From assembly GCF_030028105.1 (NCBI RefSeq), contig NC_092383.1, forward strand, positions 86,199,921-86,263,920: DNA of 64,000 nucleotides, given 5' to 3'. The notes beneath the pieces were generated by a model. That model saw nothing but the letters and a program-made list of their open reading frames with translations, ran no database searches and was not told where the DNA came from. Position 1 is the stretch's first letter; each line of letters begins with the position of its first letter. This stretch comes from Mobula birostris. Taxonomy: Eukaryota. This document shows positions 13,058 through 26,100 of this stretch, one piece after another. A program made the position numbers and the translations under genes.

Positions 13058-13589
13058 GTGAGCTAACTTAGGCTGATATGTGAACATATGAAAAGCAACA
13101 CACACAAAATTCTGGAGGAACTCAGTAAGTCAGGAAGCGTCTATGTAAATGAACATACAGTCGATATTTTGGGCCGGGATCCTTTATCAGGTCTGAAAAA
13201 GAAAGGGGAAGACACCAGAATGAAAGGATGGGGTGAGGGGATGCAGGCTAGCTGGAAAGTGATTGGTGAAGCCAAGTGGGTGGGTGGGTAAGGTAAAGGG
13301 CTGGAGAGGAAGGAATCTCGTAGGAGAGGACCGTGGAACATAGGAGAAAGGGAAGGAGAAGGGGACCCAGGGGGAAGTGATAGGAAGGTGGGATGAGGTA
13401 AAAGGCCAGAATATCAAAAGCTCTTAATTATATTTGTCAAAATTAAAGACAATTCCCAATAACAGATAGAAATAATGAGAAAAGTCGAATTCTTAGACGC
13501 CAGCGACAGCAGATGTTATAATCTGCAGCAAAAATAAATTGCTGGAGGAGTCATGATGCAGCAGCTTAATCTGCAATGTTGACCATTCT

Positions 13590-13950
13590 GCCGGACATTA
13601 AAAGTGACAGGTGCGTAAAAAGGACCCGAAGGATTATTGGCAAACCAAGTTACCCCGACCACAAACTGTTCCAGCTGCTACGATCCGGGAAACAGTATCG
13701 CAGCATAAAAGCCAGGACCAACAGGCTCCGGGACAGCTTCTTCCACCAGACCATCAGACTGATTAATTCACACTGACACAATTGTATTTCTAAGCTATAT
13801 TGACTGTTCTGTTGTATATCTTACTGTTCATACTCTTTATTACAAATTACTGTAATTTGCACATTGTACATTCAGATGGAGATGTAACGTAAAGATTTTT
13901 ACTCCTTATGTGATGGATGTAAGAAGTAAAGTGAATTCAATTCAATTCAA
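13590..13950 (+). mobile_element. Rex1-like LINE 3' fragment with (TCAAT)n tail
   Basis: RCVKRTRRIIGKPSYPDHKLFQLLRSGKQYRSIKARTNRLRDSFFHQTIRLIN; near-copy of 15480-15780. Confidence 0.75.
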
Positions 13951-14097
13951 TCTGCAGATGCTATCTGACTCCCTAAGTTCCTCCAGAAGCTTTTTCTCTT
14001 GCTTGAGTTAAAATGTTATCCATGATGAGTCATCAAGTAAAGGGTTGATGACAAAAAGTTAACTGAGGAAGGAAAAGGAATGAGAGGAAGAGAAAAA

Positions 14098-14325
14098 ACC
14101 ATGGTCAAGACGTTCAGTTGTTCTTCAGAACAAACATCAGAATGGGAAGAAATGTGTTCTAAGTGACTTTATTGTGGAATGGTTGTAGGTGCCAGATGGA
14201 GTAGTTTGAGTATCTCAGAAACTGATGATCTCCTGGGATTTGCACACACTACAGTCTCTAAAGTTCACAGAGGATGGTGCAAAAAATTGAAAAAAGGAAA
14301 TCTTGTGAGTAGTGGTTCAGTGCCA
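14098..14325. mobile_element. Tc1-like remnant abutting the truncated gene 3 C2 exon
   Basis: Same family as 1494-2010; joins directly to C2 coding sequence at about 14325. Confidence 0.6.
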
Positions 14326-14327
14326 AT

Positions 14328-14554
14328 TCCAGGCACTGCAGTAATATTGATGGTACTTGCATTGAAGGATTGACAACATCGAGCCACTTCATTGGTGCCT
14401 GATACCGTTGGATACCCAGATGAGGTTATTTCATACCATGTGTACTGAATGGGAAAGGATCCCTGCAAGGACTCACAGGAAACTGACACTGAGTCCCTGA
14501 GACGTGAAACATTTGCTGTTGACAGATATCGAAGCACAGGAGAAGACACGGGTT
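14328..14554 (-). pseudogene. Gene 3 C2 exon, frameshifted and 3'-truncated
   Basis: tttccacag acceptor, PVSSPVLRY..SVSCESLQGSFPIQYTWYE; 1-nt loss before QYYC; ends at YYCSA without a donor. Confidence 0.85.
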
Positions 14555-14615
14555 CTGTGGAAAGGAATTCAACAATCAGACACTAAATGAACATATGAAA
14601 TCAAAAACTCCTCTA

Positions 14616-16010
14616 CCACTTTATTAGGTACACCTGTTCACCTGTTTGTAAATGCAAATATCTAATTAGCCAATCATGTGGCAGCATACTTACACACCTG
14701 GAGAAGAGGGATGCTGATGTGAGAATACTGTTCTTGGACCACAGTTCAGCATTCAACACCATAATTCCCTCCAGGCTTGACAAGATACTCAGAGACCTCA
14801 GCCTTCACCCTGCCTTGTGCAGCTGGATCCTGGACTTCCTGTCAGTTCACCGGCAGGTGGTAAAAGGGGGGTTCCCTCATCTCTGCCCCTCTGACCCTCA
14901 ACACAGGAGCCCCTCAGGGCTGTGTCCTAAGCGTCCTCCTTTACTCTCTGTATACTCATGACTGTGTTGTCACCTACATGTCCAATCTGCTAATTGTATT
15001 TGCAGATGATACTATATTGATTGGCCTTATCTCAAATAATAACAAGACAGCCTACAGGGAAGTCATCACCCTGACACTGTGGTGTCAAGAAAACAACCTC
15101 TCCCTCAATGTCGCAAAAACAAAGGAGCTGGTTGTGGATGACAGGAGGAATGGACACAGGCTAACCACTATTGACATCAATGGATCTGAGGTTGAGAAGG
15201 TAAACAGCATCAAGTTCCTTGGCATACACATCACCAAGGATCTCAAGTGGTCTGTACATACTGGCTGTGTGGCGTAAAAAGCACAACAGCACCTCTTTCA
15301 CCTCAGATGGTTGAAGAAGTTTGGCATGGGTCCCCAAATCCTCAGGACTTTCTACAGGGACACAATTGAGAGCATTCTGACTGGCTGCATCACTACCTGG
15401 TATGGGAACTGTACCTCCCTCAATCACAGGACTCTGCAGAGAGTGGTGTGGACAGCCCAGCACATCTGTGGATGTGAACTTCCCAATATCCAGGATATTT
15501 ACAGTGATAGGTGCATAAAAAAGGTCCGTAGGATCATTAGGGACCCAAGTCACCCTAACCACAAACTGTTCTGGGACAGCTTCTTCCATCAGGCCATCAG
15601 ACAGATTAATTCGTGCTGATACAATTGTATGTCTATGCTACATTGACTGTCCTGTTGTACATACTATTTATTACAAATGACTATAAATTGCACTTTGCAG
15701 ATTCAGACAGAGATGTAGTGTAATAATATTTACTCCTCATGTATGTGAAGGATGTAAGAAATATAGTCAATTCAATTCAACACAGTCCATAAAAGCATGC
15801 AGACATGGTCCAGAGATTCAGTTGTTGTTCAGGTCAAACATCAGAATGTGGAAGAAGTGTGATCAAAGTAACTTTACGCATGAAATGATTGTAAGCGGTT
15901 GTTTGAGTATCTCAGATAATGCAGATCTCCTGGAATTTTCACACTGTCTCTAGAGTTGGTAGAGAATAGTGCAAAAAACAAAAAAAAAAATCCATGGAGC
16001 AGCAATTCTA
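14616..16010. mobile_element. Tc1-like remnant split by a nested LINE
   Basis: CCACTTTATTAGGTAC start at 14616, resumes at 15781 and fuses to the V exon at about 16010. Confidence 0.6.
14691..15780 (+). mobile_element. Rex1/Babar-like LINE RT fragment (frameshifted)
   Basis: RILFLDHSSAFNTI..FADDT..KTKELVVD..KFLGIHI..IESILTGCITTWYGNC in ORFs 14719, 14978 and 15311; (TCAAT)n tail. Confidence 0.85.
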
Positions 16011-16014
16011 TAAG

Positions 16015-16306
16015 CATAAAATCTCGTATCAACACCTGTTGCTGTAATTCTACAGCCGTACCATCCTGTATCTCCCGTGTGAAGATCCTCCATAGTAACA
16101 GCAAATACTCCCCATTCCGGGTCATCTGTGATTGACACTCGGCTACTCCGTCCGTGTTGCCCATTTGTTTCCACTAAAACTGAACATTGTTGACTCTATC
16201 CATGGTACCAATACTTTGTGTGTGAGCGGTACGTTGCATCAGTGATAATCGATTGTGATCACTCTTCCCACAACCCCTCTTACATCTTTCTCCTCACACA
16301 ATGCAC
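16015..16306 (-). pseudogene. Gene 3 IgV exon, inactivated
   Basis: Close paralog of the gene 1 V exon; B-strand Cys to Tyr, frameshift, TGG to TAG, and 3' end plus donor deleted after GVDTRF. Confidence 0.9.
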
Positions 16307-17366
16307 CTGAAACTGAGGGAGGCATTTTCAGATTTGAGGGAAAGGAACAACTTCATGCAAACAAATATCTTGGAACACGAGTGTAAAAACAGGTCCAGGT
16401 CACGTCCAGAATGTGAACCATGATGAGCAACCAATAATTCCGGTATGAAGTGCAGCCGAACGTACACAAATATAACAGCCGTTTCATTTAGGATGCTGCT
16501 CTAATTTCTGATGGAAATCTTATATTTTGCATCTGTCAGGTATTTCTATGTGTAGTTGGAAGGTGGTGTAACAGTGGTCATTACCACTTCAGTGTCAAGA
16601 ACTCCAAGCATGATTTCAATTTCCATAAGGATATATTCAGTGTTTAAATCCAATTTATTAATTATTTCTAGAATTTATAACCACATATCAATGATGGTAA
16701 TAATCAACTACCAGATTTTCAAAATCCCATCTGGATCAGAAAAGCCTTTAGGGACAGAAATCTCTCATCCCTACCCACCCTGGCTTATCTTTGACTCCAG
16801 ATCTAGTTGTATTCTTTACTTAATTGCCCCAGTGAAATGGCCCAGGAAAGACACTGATATCAAGACAATGTCAGCGTGTTCCCTGCAGAGTGAAATCAGA
16901 TTCCAGCAATGGTAGACCTGATATTCCCACTGAACAGCCTCCAGGAGATTTCAGTAGCTGGATATATTCTCCCCCCACTTGGCTACACACTACTCCCTTT
17001 TTCCCTTTATCTGCTTCCACCTCTCAGCCATCTTCAAAATCCACCCCTTTTCCTCCCCATTCCATTTGCCTGTCATGCTTCACCCCTCCTCAGTCCCTGA
17101 CCACCTAGTGGACCCAGATTCACATCTCCCCCTCTCCTATTTACACTATCTTCCTCTCCACTCAGACTTGATGCAGAGACTCAGCCTAAACTGTCGACAG
17201 TTCTCTTCCCCCTAACAGATGCTGTTTGGCTCACTGACTTCCTCCGGAAGTTTGCTCTGAACTCCAGATTCAGTCATCTGTAGTGTCTGCACACATCAAG
17301 TTCTGTTCTGCAAATGGTGGACGACCTCCAAATCAATGCAAATGGCCAGTGCTTGCTGTCACTCAC

Positions 17367-17403
17367 CAGGTAGGAAACCAATCAGAGGAATTGAAGTCCA
17401 CAT
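17367..17403 (-). pseudogene. Gene 3 leader exon MWTSIPLIGFLP(G)
   Basis: ATG at 17403, G|gtgagt phase-1 donor. Confidence 0.8.
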
Positions 17404-17471
17404 TGCTTTATTCACAGAGACCCAGCCAGGACCTGTCTGTCCTCAGCAAGAAGTAACAGTGAAATAAAAAT

Positions 17472-17510
17472 GAGGAAGATGGCAGCAGGAAGTTCAATAA
17501 GAGAACCACA
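17472..17510 (-). promoter_or_regulatory. Putative promoter of gene 3 (PU.1/Ets + Ets + RUNX)
   Basis: GAGGAA at 17472, CAGGAAGT at 17486, AACCACA at 17504. Confidence 0.45.
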
Positions 17511-19149
17511 ACAGGGGTATGGTATGTGACAATCTGAAAAGCTTTTAGCTATATTTAGCAAGACAGAAACATTTAAGCAATTCCCAAAAACTGAATGAAA
17601 TGTTGAGAAGAGTTAAAATGGTAGATACAAGAAACAGCAGTTGGTCTAATCTTCAGCAAAAACAAACTGCAGGAGATGTCCTGAAGCAGAGCGTTAATCT
17701 AAAAATGTTGCCTCTGTGGATCCCACCTCTCTCCCCACATTTCTCTAGAAATTTTATTTTTTTACTTGATTAAATATGTTAGGTGCATTGAGTTATTGGG
17801 GAAACTGCTGATGTTGAAAACTAAATGGTGGAAAAGGAAAAAGCCCAAGTTGAAGGTTGTCGTGATTGTGAGTTGAAGTTACGATCTGGGCTTCGTGTCT
17901 ACGGGTTCCATGTGCTGATTTGAGGCTGAGGGAGTGACCCTCCCCACTGCTCCAGTCTTTTCTTCTAAATGCTATTTGCTTCCTTTTGTTTTTGATTTGT
18001 TCTTTTCTCTCGCTGTACATTGGGTGTTTGGAGGTCTTCTTTTATTTGTGGGTTATTTTGGGTTTCTTTGATTTGTGGCTGCCTGTAAGGAAGCTAACCT
18101 CAGGATTGTATAATGTATGCATACAATGATGATAAATGTACATTGAACTATTGAATATTGAAAGGCCTAGATAGAATGGATGTGGAAGGGATGTTGCCTG
18201 TAGAAAAGGAGTCTAAGACCAGAGGGTACAGCCTCAGAGTACAGGATGTTCCTTTAGAACAAAGTTGAAATTGAGAGTGATGAATCTGTGGAATTCACTG
18301 CCACAGATGGCTGCGGAGGCCAAGACACCAGGTGTATTTTGAGTGGAGATTGATAGTTTCTTGATTAGTAAGGACGTCAAAGGCTACGGGGAGAAGTCAG
18401 GATAATGAGATTGAGAGTAAAAGTAAATCAAACATGATGAAATGGTGGAATAGACCCAAGGGGAAGATTGTCTTAGTTCTTCTCCTATGCCTTTTGATCT
18501 TATGGTCTTCTAATACATTCACCAAACCTGTGAACTCTTCTACACCCCTCCAATATTTCCACATTCAGTATTTGCCATGATGATAATTCAATCAAATCTG
18601 TTTTGTGAACTTGCTGCCAAAAAGCAACAAACTAGGAAATAGGTGTGATGTAGAAAGGGCTTTTCATGCAAACTTAGCACACAGTACTTGGCTTAATTCA
18701 CTCTCCTCTCTGAAGGCTGTGTCTTATCTTTGAAGAGACTTTAAAGCTCCACTCTTCTGAATTCTATTCCATCTGTTTGTGCAATTTCAATAGCTCTGAT
18801 GGGATTTCACTTTGCTTCAGTTACCATCAGGAGCAATGTCAACATCAATATCTTCCAACCCAATGTCACGTCTTTCTGATGATTTGATTTCATTTTAATA
18901 AACAGAGCAATGCCACCCTTGTTGCCTTCTTGTCTGTTCTTTCGATACAATGTGCTCCAAGCTATAATTTTCTTTCAGCCATGATTCAGTGATGCCTACA
19001 ACATCATACAAGCCAATCCATAACTTTGTGACAAGTTCCTCTACCTTATTCCGTATACTGCACATATTCAAATTTAACGGTGTATCCACCCTGTTCGATC
19101 TTGTCTGCCTTTTATGTTGAAACTCATCCTATTGACTGGTATTTTGCCC

Positions 19150-19770
19150 TGTCAGAATCAGAATCAGGTTTATTGTCATCGGCACTTGTTAACTTAGCAG
19201 CAGCAGTTCAATGCAATATATAATTTAGCAGAGAAAATAATAATAATAAATAAACAAGTAAATCAATTACAGTATACATATATTTAATAATTTTTTTAAA
19301 AAGCGTGCAAAATCAGAAATACTGTATATTTAAAAAAAGTGAGGTAGTGTCCAAAGATTCAATGTCAATTTAGGAATCAGATGGCAGAGGGGAAGAAACT
19401 GTTCCTGAATCGCTGAGTGTGTCTCTTCAGGCTTCTGTATCTCCTACCTGATGGTGACAGTGAGAAAAGGGCATGCCCTGGATGCTGGAGGTCATTAATA
19501 ATTGATGCTGCCTTTCCATGACACCGCTCTCTGAAGATGTCCTGGGTACTTTGAAGACTAGTACCCAAGATAGAGCTGACTAGATTTACAACCTTCTGCA
19601 GCTTCTTCTGGTCCTGTGCAGTAGCCCCTCCATACAAGACAGTGATGCAACCTGTCAGAATGCTCTCCATGGTACAACTATAGATATTTTTGAGTGTATT
19701 TGTTGACATACCGTATCTCTTCGATCTCCTAATTATGTACAGCCGCTGTCTTGCCTTCTTTATAACTACA
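19150..19770 (-). mobile_element. Rex1/L2-like LINE 3' fragment
   Basis: ORF 19377..19709 MESILTGCITVLYGG..GRRYRSLKRHTQRFRNSFFPSAI; ATTCTG tail. Confidence 0.75.
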
Positions 19771-22339
19771 ACAGCCTCGCCTCACCACACATTGGGTATT
19801 TGTAAATGATACCTTGTATAATATGAGAGCTGACTCTATTGTATAAGTTATTGCTGTCAGTTGTGTAGTGTTCACCCTCAGTGAAGGATGTGGTTAGAAC
19901 GTCTGTCTTCTTTACTTGCCATAGCAAACAGAATATGGAGAAGTACGAACAGCTGTTGGTACTTCTCTATAGATGACAGATGTTCTGGTCTCCTCCTGTA
20001 TTGCCCCATCACTTCTTGGAAAACATCTCAACAACCATGGTGCAACATGCTGATGTGAACAAGTGCAGAGAAACTAAACATCTTCAACAAAACTATTTTG
20101 TTTCAGCATCTAGATCATTGAACAACAATAACAATTCAGGGAAGTGAAAAGGCCACTTAACCATTGTGTTGAAACCTAATCCCAATCCTGTGCAGCCCCG
20201 TAAATACAATGGTGGGATCATAAAATGTTTACCAGTCAGTTCTTGGGAAGTTATCCAAGAACTGAGGCTTTATAAGGTATAGGTCAGATTCAATGGGCTG
20301 AGTGGCCTAATTCTGTTCTGTTTTATTGTCTTCTGGTCTATGGTCTTAACTGATGAAGCAATGCAGGAAGAGGATGCAACAACTAGTTGACTTGAAGCAT
20401 CCATTGGATCCACCCTGAATACTGTCTTCTGAGCACAGAAGTTCTAAACTTACTCCTTGAGCATTACTTTGGGATGTCCTCGGAAAAGGAAAGGGTCCCT
20501 TTCAGAATCAGGATCAGTTTATTTTCACTGTCTTCTGATGTGAAATGTGTTGTTTTGCAGTAGAAAAACTAAGTAAGTTCCTTGCCTCAGAGCATTAATG
20601 AACTCCAGTTTAACAGGTCCAGGTCCACAAGTGGGACCACTGCTTCTGGAATTATCCCCAGGCAATCAACACCCATCAGATAACCCTGAGCTGAAGAGGG
20701 CAAGAGCTTCATCAGATTCCGGTGTTATTGTGTCACATCGTCACACAGCAGGCAAAGGTTATTATGCCATATTCCTACCTGCCGATGAGGCTTTTCAAAG
20801 TTCAAAATTCAAATTCAATTTATTATGAAGGTACATACATGTCAGCATAAACTATCCTGATTATAATGACGATAATGCAGTTCACCTTCTCTCATTTTCA
20901 AGACCGTTTATTGTACATTCATGGGTTACAGTCACAGATCAGTACTGAGAAAAGTTACACCTTCTAGTTGCAGATTCACACCCTGATGACCAATGTAAGC
21001 TGCAATAATTTGCAGCTCTCTCATTTTATTCAGCACCCAACTTTTATTTCCATTGCTTGTTCTCCTTTAAGGCCTTTGTACAGTGACTGGAAATGTTCAT
21101 GCTGTGTCTCTTTCTCACTCCATTTCGACAAAATGTGTTATGAAAAGTCAGTAACCTTGTCAAACTTGAAAATCTTCATAGTAACTTTAGTAGCAAAGTT
21201 TGTATGTGTTGCCATATTCTATCCTCAGTTCCATTTTCTTACAGGCATTCACAGTAGAACAAAGAAGTACAATAGAATCAGTAAAAACTACACACAAGAG
21301 CTGACAAAATATAATCTGCAATGGAAGGCAAACTATGCAAATACAAAAAAATTATTGATTGTAAATATAAGACTGAGACATGAGTTGTGGAGACATTGAA
21401 AGTCAGTCCATAGGTTGTGTTCAGCGAGCACTTCACTGTTGAGCTGAGTGAAGTTATCAATACCTGGTTCAGGGGCCTGATGGCTGAACTGTTCCTGAAG
21501 CTGATGGTTTGGGACGTTCCAAAGGGAGCAGTGAGAAGAGAGCATGTCTGGATGATGAGGATCCTGGATGATGGATCCTGCTTTCTTGTGGAAACCCTCC
21601 TTTGTCGGTGTGCTCATTGTATGGGAGGGCTTTACCTATGATCTGATCAGTCTTGACCAATTTCCACACGGACCGTCTCTGAGTCATGAATGGCTCTGTT
21701 TTTTATAGAAGCCTGTAAGTCAATATTGCCCATAAATTAGAAAACAGACAAATATCATACAATGTGGTATCCATACCTCCATGGTATTCTAATGAAGGGC
21801 ATCAACTGCATATAAAACTAAAAAGGAGTAATTCTGAAAAGAGATGAGAACGAAAACTCATTATGTTATTTGTAGGAACAGAGAACATAGAACAGTACAG
21901 CACAGTACAGGCCCTTTGGCCCCCAGAGTAGTGCTAAATTGTATTCCATGATCAAGCTAATCCTTCCCTCCTACATTGCACTTAACACTCTATTTTAATA
22001 CATATATGTGTGTAGCTCTCTCAGAGCTTCTTAAATGTCCCTGTTGTATCAGCCTCTATCATCAAGCCTACAGTGAATTCCAGAGAGCTGCCACTCACTG
22101 TGTGGAAAAAAAAACCTACCTCTTACATCTCCCCTAAACTTTCCTCCACTCACCTTAAATGGGTGTCCTCTGGTACTGGTCTTTGTCATGATGAGATCGG
22201 TGTGCTGCCTATCCACTCAACCAATGCTTTTTCTCCACAATACTCCACGTGTGATCGAACCAGAGCTGCAATATTTCCTTGTGGCTCTTGAACTCAATCA
22301 CATCAACTAGTGAAGTTTAGCACATCATACACCTTCTTT

Positions 22340-23150
22340 AAGTATCTGAGAATGGGCAAAGAAATGGCTGATGGAATACAGTGTCGGGAAGTGTTTGGTC
22401 ATACACTTTAGTAGAAGAAATGAAAGGATGAACTACTTTCTAAATGGAGAGAAGATACCAAAAACTGAGGCACAAAGGGACTTGAGAGTTCTTGTGCAGG
22501 ATTCCCTCAAGGTTATTTTGCAGGTTGAGTCTGTGGTAAGGAAGGCAAATATGATGTTAGAATATAAAAGCAAGGATGTAATGTTGAGACTTCATAAAAT
22601 ACTGGTGAGGCCTCATTTGGAGTATTACGAGCAGCTCCTCATCTTGAAAAGGATGTGCTGAAACTGGAGAGGGTTCAAAGGAATTTCACGAAAATGATTC
22701 CAGGATTGAATGGCATTTCATATGAAGAGCATTTGATGGCTCTAGGCTGTATTCAATAGAATTCAGAAGAATGAGTGGAGACCTAATTGAAACCTATCAC
22801 ATGCTGAGAGGCCTTGATAGAGTGGATGTGGAAAGGATGCTTCCTTTGGTGGGAGAGCCTAAGACTAGACAACATAGCCTCAGAATAGGGGTGTGTCAAT
22901 TCAGAATGGAGATGAGGATGAATTTCAAAGTTGGAGATCGGTGAACCTCTGGAATATTTGCCACATGCAGCTGTGGAGGGTGAGTCTTCATGTATAATTA
23001 AGGCAAAGATTGATAGCTTCTTCATTGGTCAGAGCATGAAGAGATATGGGGAGAAAAGCAGGAGATTGAGGCTAAGAGCAAAACTGGAGTTTCCATGATG
23101 AATTGGTGGAGCAGGCTCAATGAGCCAAATGGCCTAATTATGCTCCTATA
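22340..23150 (+). mobile_element. CR1 LINE 3' fragment at the B/C junction
   Basis: MEYSVGKCLVIHFSRRN..LVRPHLEY in ORF 22371..22661 plus 3' UTR. Confidence 0.8.
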
Positions 23151-23164
23151 TCTGAACTTCTCAG

Positions 23165-26100
23165 CCACAAGCAATAGCAGATATTTTAACTTGAAGCAAA
23201 AATAAAGATTTGGATTTGTCCTGAAGCAGAGGATTAATCTGAAATGCTGACCACTCTGCCTATGTAGAACACACCTGTCTCCCTGGGTTCCTCCAGAACT
23301 TTTATATTTTGCTTGATTAAAAAAGTCAGGTGTGTTGAGTCATTGGGAGAAGTGCTCATGGTGGAAAGGGAAAGAGCACATGTTGAGTGTTTTTGTGATT
23401 GTGAGTAGGAAGTTGTGGGCTTCGTGTTTACAGGCTCCACGACATTTACCATGCCGTGCTCTAAATTCAGGCTGATTCTATAGCCTGCTCAGGCTGCTCC
23501 AGGCTTCGAGTCTGAGGACGTACTTTCATTCTAAATACTATTTGCTTACTTTTATTGTTTGCACATTTCTCTCTGTCTCTGCACATCAGGAGATTTTTGA
23601 TCTTTTATTGATGGGCTACTTTGGGCTTCTTTGTTTTGTGGCTACCTATAAAGAGATGGATTTTAAGAGTTGAAAATAAATGTACATTGCACTTTGAACT
23701 TTTGAATGATGAAATGGTGGAATAGACCCAATGGGAAGGATAGCCTAATTCTTCTCCTATGTTGTTGTGATGGAAATGAGACAGATTCTTTGGGTCTCAA
23801 AGGCAAGGATTCTGGACACACAGTTTTAACAATAAGGAGTTTATTTACAAGGGGAGAAGAGCTTGAGGACAACACAAGTGGCTAAAATATTCGCACAAAC
23901 ACGCTTAGGATAGTCAAGCATGGGAAAAGTTGGGTTGGCAGTACGCTCCCAAAACCCTATTCAATGCACAGCTCACCACGTGTCTCCAGCGCTGTTCTGT
24001 AGTCTTCAGCCTGGAGTGAAGCAGGGTGGTCCCTCGAGGATGGCAAAAAAGAGAGCTGGCCAAGCACATGTAGCACCCTTTATAGGTCAGGGGGCTGGAG
24101 GGTCCAGCCCAGGTGATTCACTGGGGGGCCAACGGCTTGGTACTAGATGGGTTAATCCAATTAAGGTGGCCAATGGTTAAGTGTGCATTGATTAGTTGGG
24201 AGGGGTGAAATGTTGACTGGCATGTGGTGTGCCTTCCGACCAGGTAGAGGGCAGTGCTGAGCCATGACAGGCACGGCTCTCTGGATATATATGTCTTTTG
24301 GTTTTATGGTCTTCTTATACAGGCAACAAACTGGTGAACCTCTTCTGCAATCCCCAAGTGTGTTCTAACTGTATTTTTATACATTTGTAACATAAATTCT
24401 TGAGTGATTAATGCTGGCCCAATGCCATAAGCTCTCTTTACCACCTACTTTACCGTCTCCCTCGATTCCAAAGTTTGGGGAATTATGGACTCCAAGATTT
24501 GTGCATCATTCTGGATCTGCCTTGATGATAATTCAATCAGACGTGTTTTATAGAACTTGCTGCTGAGAAAGAATAAAAATAGGAAATAGGTGTGACGTGG
24601 AAGGGTTTTTCATGCAAACTCAGCAGACAGTACCTCACTTCATTCTCTCTCCTCTCTAAAGGCCATGGCCGATCTTCGAAGGAACCTTAAAAGCTTACCC
24701 TTCTGAATTCTATTCCAGTTGTCGGTGCAATTTCAAGAGCCCTGATGGGATTTCACTTTGCTTCAGTCCAATATGAGGGGAAAACCCACTGAATGGAATT
24801 ACCCATTCACAGCGGGTAAAATCCACGTCGGATCTCTTAAACCAAATCAACTCCATTTTGAAAGGAAATAGTCTGCATATGTAGACAGCTCCTGTAGTTT
24901 CTTTTTCTCATAGATTCATGGGGCACAGTTAATGTACAGGTCACATTTGTCCAAGAAGAAGACATTTCTATCTTACCTTCTGCACTTCTTTCTATGTTAG
25001 TTGAACTGTGATCTATCCAGATTCATGCTGTGCGATCCCCTGGGGCAGATGAAGTCTGAGGAGAGCTTCAGTCCAAGGGATTAGAATTCCCACATGTCAC
25101 ACATATTGGAGAATAAACACAGAATCAGAATCAGAATCAGGTTTAACATCACCGGCATACCGTATGTCATGAAATTAACTATAGCAGTCCTAAACAGGAA
25201 TATTTGATGATTCCCATTGGGAAGGAGAAGCTTGTTTACAGAAGGCATTTATTAGTTCTTCCCTAAATTCTGTTTTGTAAGAGAAGTAAACAACACAGAA
25301 GTTCTAACAATATCCTTTGAGAACTGCTTGAGACAGCCTGGGACAGGGAAGTGTCCATTTCAGAATCAAAATCAGCTTTGTTTTCTCTGTCTTCTGATGT
25401 AAACTGTGTTGTTTTGCAGCAGAAAAAAAATAAACAAGTTCCTTCATTCAGACTATTAACGAGCTCAGGTTTAACAGGTCCAGGTTTACAAGTGGGACCA
25501 CTGCATGTGGAATTATCTGCAGATAATCAACCCTCATTAGCTAACCCTATCCTGAGGAGGTCATGAGCTCCAAACAGACTCTGGTGTTATTGGTGTTATT
25601 TGGTGTTTTTGCTTCACATCCTTGCATCGGAGGTGACGGATATTGTGCTGTATTGCTCCTTGTCAGTGAGGCATTTTAAAGTTCAAAACTCAAATTGAGT
25701 TTATTATTGAAGTGCATATATTTCAGCAAAAAAACTACTCTGGTTATAATTACAATAATGAAGTTCACCCTTTGTTCGATTTTCAGGATGTTCTATTCTA
25801 TGTATGTACATTAATGGGTTACAGTCACGTGTTAGTTCTGAGAAAACTTACACCATCTATTTGCAGATTCACACCCTGATGACCAATGCAAACTCCAATA
25901 ATCAGCAACTTAATTTTAATCAGCACCCAACTTTTATTTCTACTGCTGGTCCTTTAGTACATTTGTGCAATGACTGGAGAGCTTTATGCTTGAGTCTCTT
26001 TCTCACTCCATTTCTACAAAATGTGTTCTGATGGGTAAGTAATCACGCACTTTATCACAGCTCAAAAAATCCAAAGCAAATTTATTTTCAAAATACATAT

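Larger units (their letters stand above)
17410..22340. repeat. Segmental duplication unit B (upstream region of gene 3)
   Basis: Collinear non-coding blocks shared with unit A (3950-10550) and unit C (23165-27230), e.g. 18600-18830 with 5470-5680 and 24560-24770. Confidence 0.8.
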
